33,110 bases of DNA from Candidatus Eiseniibacteriota bacterium (GTDB taxonomy: Bacteria; Orphanbacterota; Orphanbacteria; Orphanbacterales; Orphanbacteraceae). Each line of letters starts with the position of its first letter. The stretch's first letter is position 1. Of the stretch, positions 27,472 through 33,110 are shown one piece after another. Where the stretch lies: contig JBDROZ010000051.1 in NCBI GenBank assembly GCA_043809585.1, positions 1 through 33,110 of the forward strand, read 5' to 3'. The notes under the pieces are model-generated. The model worked only from the letters and a program-made list of their open reading frames with translations, did no database searches and was not told where the DNA came from. The position numbers were made by a program, and so were the translations under genes.

Positions 27472-27695
27472 CGGGGAGTTGTTGCCGTCCTCCGCAACGC
27501 CACCTCTACGAGGCCGGAGAAAGGGAGGGTTTGCTCCCGCAGCACGACGAGCGTCCTAGTCTAACCCGCCCCCCTCCCGGAGCCGGCCCCCCCGCCCCGC
27601 CGATGAGCGTGGCCGGCCGGAGGCCTCTCCTTGGTAGGACCGAAGGTCCGTATCGAAGGGCTCGGGCGGAACCAGTCCCCCGCTCATTCCAAAGC
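27472..27695 (-). repeat. Repeat R copy B (uninterrupted, inverted relative to copy A)
   Basis: Shares long exact blocks with copy A, e.g. TGGTTCCGCCCGAGCCCTTCGATACGGACCTTCGGTCCTAC and ACGCTCGTCGTGCTGCGGGAG. Confidence 0.85.
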
Positions 27696-27787
27696 CCGAG
27701 ATTCTCGTCCCTTCTCCCCGCTTTTTGTTATGATCGGCTCGATGACGTACTCGTGCCTGCCCGCCCCTTCGCCCGGAGGACCGGACC

Positions 27788-28732
27788 ATGAATCGACCCA
27801 CCCGAAGAGAGTTCCTGAGGACGGCCGCCGCCCTCGGCGGGGGAGTGGCCCTCGCCCCGTACGCTTCCTGGGCGGCGGAGGACGGAGCCGCGGCGAACCC
27901 CGGCATGAGCATCATTCGATGGGGGGGCGACCCCGTGGAAGACCCGGGCGTCGACGCCATGGCCGAACGCCTCACCCGCCGCGCCTTGGGCGATCTCGGC
28001 GGTATGGGGCGCTTCGTCGGCCGGGGCGACGTCGTCTGGATCAAGCCGAACATCGGATGGAACCGTGCCCCCGAGCTCGGGGCCACCACCAATCCGGGCG
28101 TCGTCGCCGCCCTTGTCAAGATGTGCCTCGATGCCGGCGCGAAGAAAGTCAAAGTCGGCGACCACACCTGCCACGACGCCCGCCAGTCGTACCGCTCCAG
28201 CGGCATCGAGGCGGCGGCCAAGGAGGCGGGCGCCGACGTCGTCCAGCTCGACGACAACCGCTACCGGGAGATGAAGATCGGCGGGGAGCGCCTCGACAAG
28301 TGGCCCCTCTATCCCGAGATCGTCGAGACCGACCTCGTCATCAGCGTCCCCATCGTCAAGCATCACGGACTCTCCAAGGCGACGCTCTGCATGAAGAACT
28401 ACATGGGGGTCATCGGCGGGAACCGCGGCTCCTGGCACCAAGACCTGCCGGCCTGTCTCGTCGACATCACCGCCTTCATGAAGCCCCGGCTCACCGTTCT
28501 CGACGCCGTGCGCGTGCTGACCGCCCACGGCCCGCAGGGGGGGAACCCGGCGGATGTGGAGAGGCGGAACACGGTCGCCGCGGGCACCGACATCGTCGCC
28601 CTCGACGCCTTCGGCGCCGAACTGCTCGGTTTCGGTCCCTCCGCGATCACGACGATTCGCGCCGCCGAGGAGGCGGGGCTCGGAACCGCCGACTACCGCT
28701 CTCTCGCCCCGAGTGAATCGGCCGAGTCGTGA
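27788..28732 (+). CDS. DUF362 domain protein with Tat signal
   Basis: TRREFL twin-arginine motif; VWIKPNIGW, TTNP, P.VKHH and TLCMKN.MG motifs. GGAGG RBS. Confidence 0.88.
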   Translation: MNRPTRREFLRTAAALGGGVALAPYASWAAEDGAAANPGMSIIRWGGDPVEDPGVDAMAERLTRRALGDLGGMGRFVGRGDVVWIKPNIGWNRAPELGATTNPGVVAALVKMCLDAGAKKVKVGDHTCHDARQSYRSSGIEAAAKEAGADVVQLDDNRYREMKIGGERLDKWPLYPEIVETDLVISVPIVKHHGLSKATLCMKNYMGVIGGNRGSWHQDLPACLVDITAFMKPRLTVLDAVRVLTAHGPQGGNPADVERRNTVAAGTDIVALDAFGAELLGFGPSAITTIRAAEEAGLGTADYRSLAPSESAES

Positions 28733-30426
28733 GCGCCTACCGGCGAGCGAAGACGATCATCGCCCTCCGGCGCGTCGTCCAGGGCCTCGTCCTCGTCCTT
28801 TTTCTCGCGCTCGTTCTCTGGACCCGGGGGCCCGAGGAAGGGGAGCCGAGCGGTCTCCTCTCGGTCTTCTTCGATCTCGATCCGCTCGTGCTGCTCGGCG
28901 CCTGGATCTCGGCCCGGGGCGTCGCCGGTCTTTCCCTGCTCGCCCTCGTCACCGTGGCGGTCACGTTCCTCCTCGGCCGCGTCTTCTGCGGTTGGTTCTG
29001 CCCCTTCGGCACCCTCCACAACATGGTCTCGTGGATGCGGGCCCGGAAGGACCGCCGCCGACTCGGGTCGGACGCCTTTTCCCGCTGGCAGCGGGGGAAG
29101 TACTACATCCTCTTCGGCCTGATCGCCCTCTCCCTCCTCGGCGGCCACTGGATCGGCGTCTTCGATCCCTTCGCGCTCTTCTACCGGAGCGTGGCGACCG
29201 GCCTCCTTCCGGCGGCGCAGTACGCGGTGGAGGGGAGCTCGACCGCGGTCTACGAGGCCGATCCCCACATCGGCGCCTTTCATTTCACCTCGATCACCGA
29301 GCCGGTCTACCGGTTTTTCCGGGACACGGTCTTCGTGGTGAAGCGGACGGTCTTCACCGGGAACACCCTTCTCTTCCTGATCTTCCTCGCCGCGGTGCTC
29401 TTGAACCTCCGGCGCACCCGCTTTTGGTGCCGCTACGTCTGTCCCCTCGGCGCCTTTCTCGGGCTCGTCGCCCGGCGCTCCCCTCTCCGGCTCCAAGCGG
29501 GAGAAGGGGAGTGCGGCGGTTGCGGCCTCTGCTCCCTCTCCTGCCCGGCGGCCGCCCAGCCGGACAAGCCGGGGGAGTGGCTCCCCACCGAGTGCTACGG
29601 CTGCTGGAACTGCGTCGCCGCCTGCCGTCAGGACGCGATCGATTTCGGTTTCGAGTCCCCCTTCAAGAGGCCCGAAGCGGGGACCATCGACCTCGGCCGG
29701 CGGGCGGCCCTCGCTTCCGTGGCGGTCGGGGCGGGGGCGCTTCTCACCTTCCGGCTCGCCCCCGAGGCGCAGGGCAAGACCTACAACCCCCTCCTCATCC
29801 GCCCCCCCGGATCCCGGCCGGAGCCGGAGTTCCTCGACCGGTGCGTCCGGTGCGGCATGTGTATGAAGGTGTGCCCGACGAACGCGCTCCACCCGACCGG
29901 CCTCCAGGCCGGGCTCGAGGGGATCTGGACCCCCGTGCTCGTTCCCCGGGTCGGCTACTGCGAGTTCGAGTGCAACCTGTGCGGCCTCGTCTGTCCGACC
30001 TCCGCCATCGAGCCGCTCCCGCTGGCCGAGAAGAAGAAGGTGAAGATGGGGCTCGCGACGTTCGACATCACTCGCTGCCTCCCCTACGCCCACGAGAAAG
30101 ATTGTATCGTTTGCGAGGAGCACTGCCCGATTCCCACGAAGGCGATCTACTTCATGGAGACCGAGGTGCGGCTCCGGGAAGGCGGGACGAGGGTGTTCAA
30201 GCAGCCCCGGGTGGATGCGGAGCTCTGCACGGGTTGCGGCATCTGCGAGAACGTCTGCCCCTTCGAAGACTGGCCGGCGGTGCGTATGACGAGCGCCGGC
30301 GAAACCAGGCACCCGGGCAACCAGCCGCTCCTCCCGACCGCCGGCGCCGGCGGCACCGTGCCCGATTGGGCCTTCGAGAAGCCCGCCGCGGTCGACAGCG
30401 CGACCGCGGATCCGTACGGCTATTGA
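28729..30426 (+). CDS. Membrane-bound polyferredoxin (NapH/MauN-like plus NapG/MauM-like fusion)
   Basis: GRVFCGWFCPFG, RFWCRYVCPLGA, multiple CxxCxxCxxxCP motifs and IRPPG. GTG overlaps the upstream stop. Confidence 0.9.
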   Translation: MSAYRRAKTIIALRRVVQGLVLVLFLALVLWTRGPEEGEPSGLLSVFFDLDPLVLLGAWISARGVAGLSLLALVTVAVTFLLGRVFCGWFCPFGTLHNMVSWMRARKDRRRLGSDAFSRWQRGKYYILFGLIALSLLGGHWIGVFDPFALFYRSVATGLLPAAQYAVEGSSTAVYEADPHIGAFHFTSITEPVYRFFRDTVFVVKRTVFTGNTLLFLIFLAAVLLNLRRTRFWCRYVCPLGAFLGLVARRSPLRLQAGEGECGGCGLCSLSCPAAAQPDKPGEWLPTECYGCWNCVAACRQDAIDFGFESPFKRPEAGTIDLGRRAALASVAVGAGALLTFRLAPEAQGKTYNPLLIRPPGSRPEPEFLDRCVRCGMCMKVCPTNALHPTGLQAGLEGIWTPVLVPRVGYCEFECNLCGLVCPTSAIEPLPLAEKKKVKMGLATFDITRCLPYAHEKDCIVCEEHCPIPTKAIYFMETEVRLREGGTRVFKQPRVDAELCTGCGICENVCPFEDWPAVRMTSAGETRHPGNQPLLPTAGAGGTVPDWAFEKPAAVDSATADPYGY

Positions 30427-30429
30427 TCG

Positions 30430-30753
30430 CCTGAATCGTGCCTGAACTTCCTGCTGCGGTAACGGCTCGCGGTCTGCAAGGCCTCCTTTCCTTCGCCGCT
30501 TCCTCAACGGGGCCCGTCGGGCGCTTAAACTTATCGCGACGGCTAGGAGCGATAAGCGTTAGCGCCCGGGGGGAGAATCTAATGGGGCCCCGCCTCCGGT
30601 TGCGGAAGTCCGACTGCGCCGGGGTACCCGCCGGAGCGAAGCGACGGCGGGTCGGCGCCGGGAGTACCCGGAGCGCGGCAGCGCGAAGGGTGCAAGTCGA
30701 CCTTTCGCCTCGCGATCCGTAACCTCGCTACAAAAGTTCATGCACCATCCAGG
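30430..30753 (+). mobile_element. MITE family A copy E5 (long divergent form, 324 bp)
   Basis: TIRs 17/20 (CCTGAATCGTGCCTGAACTT / AAGTTCATGCACCATCCAGG). Shares the internal CTTATCGCGACGGCTAGGAGCGATAAG block with E1. No clean 4-bp duplication. Confidence 0.8.
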
Positions 30754-30764
30754 CGAACGAGGAT

Positions 30765-30792
30765 TTGAAAAACCACAGAAAGCCGCTATGAT
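30765..30792 (+). promoter_or_regulatory. Putative sigma70 promoter of the second DUF362 gene
   Basis: TTGAAA-N16-TATGAT immediately after MITE E5. Confidence 0.5.
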
Positions 30793-30813
30793 GAAAGAAA
30801 GGGGGGATCCGCC

Positions 30814-32025
30814 ATGAACGAGAACCGCTACCGCTCCATGTCCGCTCGGTTCCATGTGAACCGCCGGTCGTTCCTGAAGGTCGGGGGCGCCGTCGGCGCC
30901 GGCCTCGCCCTCGGAACGCCCCCCGTCTTCGGCCAGGACGCCAAGGAGGAGGCACCGGCGAAGCCGTGGACGAACGTCGGCTCCGTTCTCGGCGCCCCGA
31001 AAACGGAGCACTCCCTGCCCGGTCCGTTTCCGGGGCGGGTGGTGGAGGTCCACGACCCGGCGTCGATGACCGACGACGGGGCCGTGGCGCCCGTGGTGGC
31101 CGCCATGTTCCGGCGGGGGGTGAAGACCCTCACCGGCGAGGGGATGGGGGGGAGCTTCGCCCGGTTCTTCACGAAAGAGGACGTGGTCGGCATCAAGGTG
31201 AATCCCGTGGGGGCCGGCCTCATCAGCACCCGCCTCGAGCTGGTCGACGCCATCGTGGCGTGGCTCGAGGAGGGGGGGATTCCGCGGCGGAACATCGTCA
31301 TATGGGACCGCTTCGAGGGGATGCTCCGGGAAGCGGGCTTCACGGAGGAGCGCTATCCGGGCGTTCGCATCGAAGGGCTCCAGATGATGGACGAGTCGGC
31401 GGCCTCCGGCGAGAGCGAGGACGACTCGGGATGGCGGGACGAGAACGGCGTCCACCGGAGCGCGGGCCGCTTCGACATGGAGGTCTTCTACCGGGCCGAC
31501 GTGGAGGCCCCCGAGGACGACGGCTACCTCAACCAGCACGTGGTGAACGGCAGGGACTCGTATTTCGGAAAGATCGTCACCAAGGACCTCACCAAGATCA
31601 TCAACGTGCCGGTCTTCAAGAACACGGGGAACGGCGTCTCCATGGCGACGAAGAACCTCGGCTACGGCGCCATCTGCAACACAGGCCGCCTCCACCGTCC
31701 CCTTTTCTTCGATGTTTGCACCGAGGTCCTCGCCTTCCCGGCGATCCGGGACAAACTGGTTCTGAACGTCACCGACGGCCTCCGAGCCCAGTACGACGGC
31801 GGGCCGATGCCGAACGCCCAGGCCACATGGCTCTACCATCGGATCTTCTTCGCCACCGACCCCTTCGCCCTCGACATGGTCTGCCACGATCTGATGGTGG
31901 CCAAGCGAAAGGAGATGGGGATCGAGGTGAACGAGCACCCCCGCTATTCCGAGTACCTTCGTTACGCCGAGAAGCTCGGGCTCGGCGTCGCCGATCCGGG
32001 CAAGACCGAATTCGTGAGGGTCTGA
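30814..32025 (+). CDS. DUF362 domain protein with Tat signal (second, divergent paralog)
   Basis: NRRSFLK twin-arginine motif; VGIKVNP, IINVPVFKN, SMATKNL and ATDPFALD motifs. Confidence 0.85.
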   Translation: MNENRYRSMSARFHVNRRSFLKVGGAVGAGLALGTPPVFGQDAKEEAPAKPWTNVGSVLGAPKTEHSLPGPFPGRVVEVHDPASMTDDGAVAPVVAAMFRRGVKTLTGEGMGGSFARFFTKEDVVGIKVNPVGAGLISTRLELVDAIVAWLEEGGIPRRNIVIWDRFEGMLREAGFTEERYPGVRIEGLQMMDESAASGESEDDSGWRDENGVHRSAGRFDMEVFYRADVEAPEDDGYLNQHVVNGRDSYFGKIVTKDLTKIINVPVFKNTGNGVSMATKNLGYGAICNTGRLHRPLFFDVCTEVLAFPAIRDKLVLNVTDGLRAQYDGGPMPNAQATWLYHRIFFATDPFALDMVCHDLMVAKRKEMGIEVNEHPRYSEYLRYAEKLGLGVADPGKTEFVRV

Positions 32026-32921
32026 TGTCGAGATTCACGGTCTCTGCCGCCGCCCTGCTCGGAGCGTTCATTTCCCTCCCCGCCCTCGCCGCCGATCCGC
32101 CGGCGCGGCCGATACCGAATCCGGAGTCCCCGAGGAGGGCGATTCCCAACCCGGCCGCCATCACGGAAAAGATGTTCGTCGGCCGGGAACTCGACGGCCA
32201 CATCGACGGCGGTGCCGAGCTCTTCTACGAGTTCGGTTTCCGGGACCTTCTCCTGCGGACCGTGCCGTACGGGGAGAACGAGATCTCCGTCGAGGTGTAC
32301 CGGATGAAATCGCCCGAAGGGGCTTACGGCGTCTACCTCATGAAGATGGGCGCCGAGACGCCCCACGCCGCCATTGACGGGAGGAACACCGTGGGCCGCT
32401 GGCAGGCGACCGCAGTCCAGGGGAACCTCTTCGTGCAGGTGAACAACTTCAGCGGGAACGAGGCGTACCGGACGAACATGGTGGGCGAGATCCGCAAAGC
32501 CTTCCTGGACGCCGGCGACCGGGGGCCGGCGCCGATCATGAACTACATGCCCCTCCAGGACCGGATGCCCGGTTCGGAGCGGTTCGTCTGCGGGCCTCTC
32601 TCGCTCCAGTCGATCGCCACCCTCGGCGACGGCGACATTCTCCTTCTCGGGGGCGACGTCTACGGCGCGGCCGCGCGCTACAAGAAGGGGGTCGGCCCGG
32701 CGCATACGCTCGTCCGCATCCCCTACCCCGGGCCGGGGCGGGCGACGGAGGCCTTCGCGAATCTCGCGGAGAACCTCGACCCTTATCTCACGGTCGTGGA
32801 TCAAGAGGAGAAGAAGCTCGTCTTCCGCGAGCACGACGGGCGGTACGGTGTCGCCCGCCGCTTCGGTCGCCGGATCGACGTGAAGCTCCATCTCGATTCG
32901 CCGGAGAACGCCTTCCGGTGA
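32025..32921 (+). CDS. Exported protein, DUF6599-like
   Basis: Signal peptide; LDGHIDGGAELFYEFGF...VEVYRM...GAYGVY pattern. ATG overlaps the upstream stop (TGATG). Confidence 0.7.
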   Translation: MSRFTVSAAALLGAFISLPALAADPPARPIPNPESPRRAIPNPAAITEKMFVGRELDGHIDGGAELFYEFGFRDLLLRTVPYGENEISVEVYRMKSPEGAYGVYLMKMGAETPHAAIDGRNTVGRWQATAVQGNLFVQVNNFSGNEAYRTNMVGEIRKAFLDAGDRGPAPIMNYMPLQDRMPGSERFVCGPLSLQSIATLGDGDILLLGGDVYGAAARYKKGVGPAHTLVRIPYPGPGRATEAFANLAENLDPYLTVVDQEEKKLVFREHDGRYGVARRFGRRIDVKLHLDSPENAFR

Positions 32922-32973
32922 TCGCCTCCGGTTTTGGGGCTTTCTCTCCCGGCCGGATCGGAGTAGGTTCTAG

Positions 32974-33110
32974 CCTGGATTATGCACAAATCTCCTACTG
33001 CGATCTCGGATCGCCGCCTGCGAAGCCTCCTTTCCGTCGCCGCCTCCTCGACGGGGCCCGTGGCGCACTTTCATCTTCTCGCGACCGCTCGGAGCGAGAA
33101 GTGTTAGTGC
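32974..33110 (+). mobile_element. MITE family A copy E6, truncated by the window end
   Basis: First 80 nt match E3 at 78/80. Preceded by CTAG at 32970-32973. Confidence 0.85.

Overview
GC-rich bacterial chromosomal segment. Two secreted proteins end in a FlgD-Ig/T9SS-type-A-like C-terminal domain, which suggests an FCB-related lineage such as Latescibacterota, Eisenbacteria or Krumholzibacteriota (inference only). It carries about 23 credible CDSs: a divergent two-domain GlnE-like nucleotidyltransferase behind a korDABC 2-oxoacid:ferredoxin oxidoreductase operon, pckA, a secreted S8 protease, an M29 aminopeptidase, asnA, a TauE/SafE exporter, a porin + periplasmic-binding-like protein + hybrid kinase triad, a CBM48 protein, a secreted EEP nuclease, DinB, a barrel-only Omp85, and a Tat-DUF362/polyferredoxin cluster. 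The most unusual content is non-coding. (1) Six miniature inverted-repeat elements have CCT(G/T)(G/A)AT ends and mostly 4-bp CTAG/TCAA flanks; they fold into long hairpins with compensatory changes between copies, and three abut TAG stop codons. (2) A Y1/HUH RAYT-like transposase has GGGGACACAATAC REP-like repeats that bracket a roughly 3.1 kb cargo including a wHTH + nucleotidyltransferase pair with a tandem operator. (3) Two roughly 225-bp structured repeats in inverted orientation enclose the Omp85 gene, and one is interrupted by a MITE. No rRNA, tRNA or CRISPR array was recognised.
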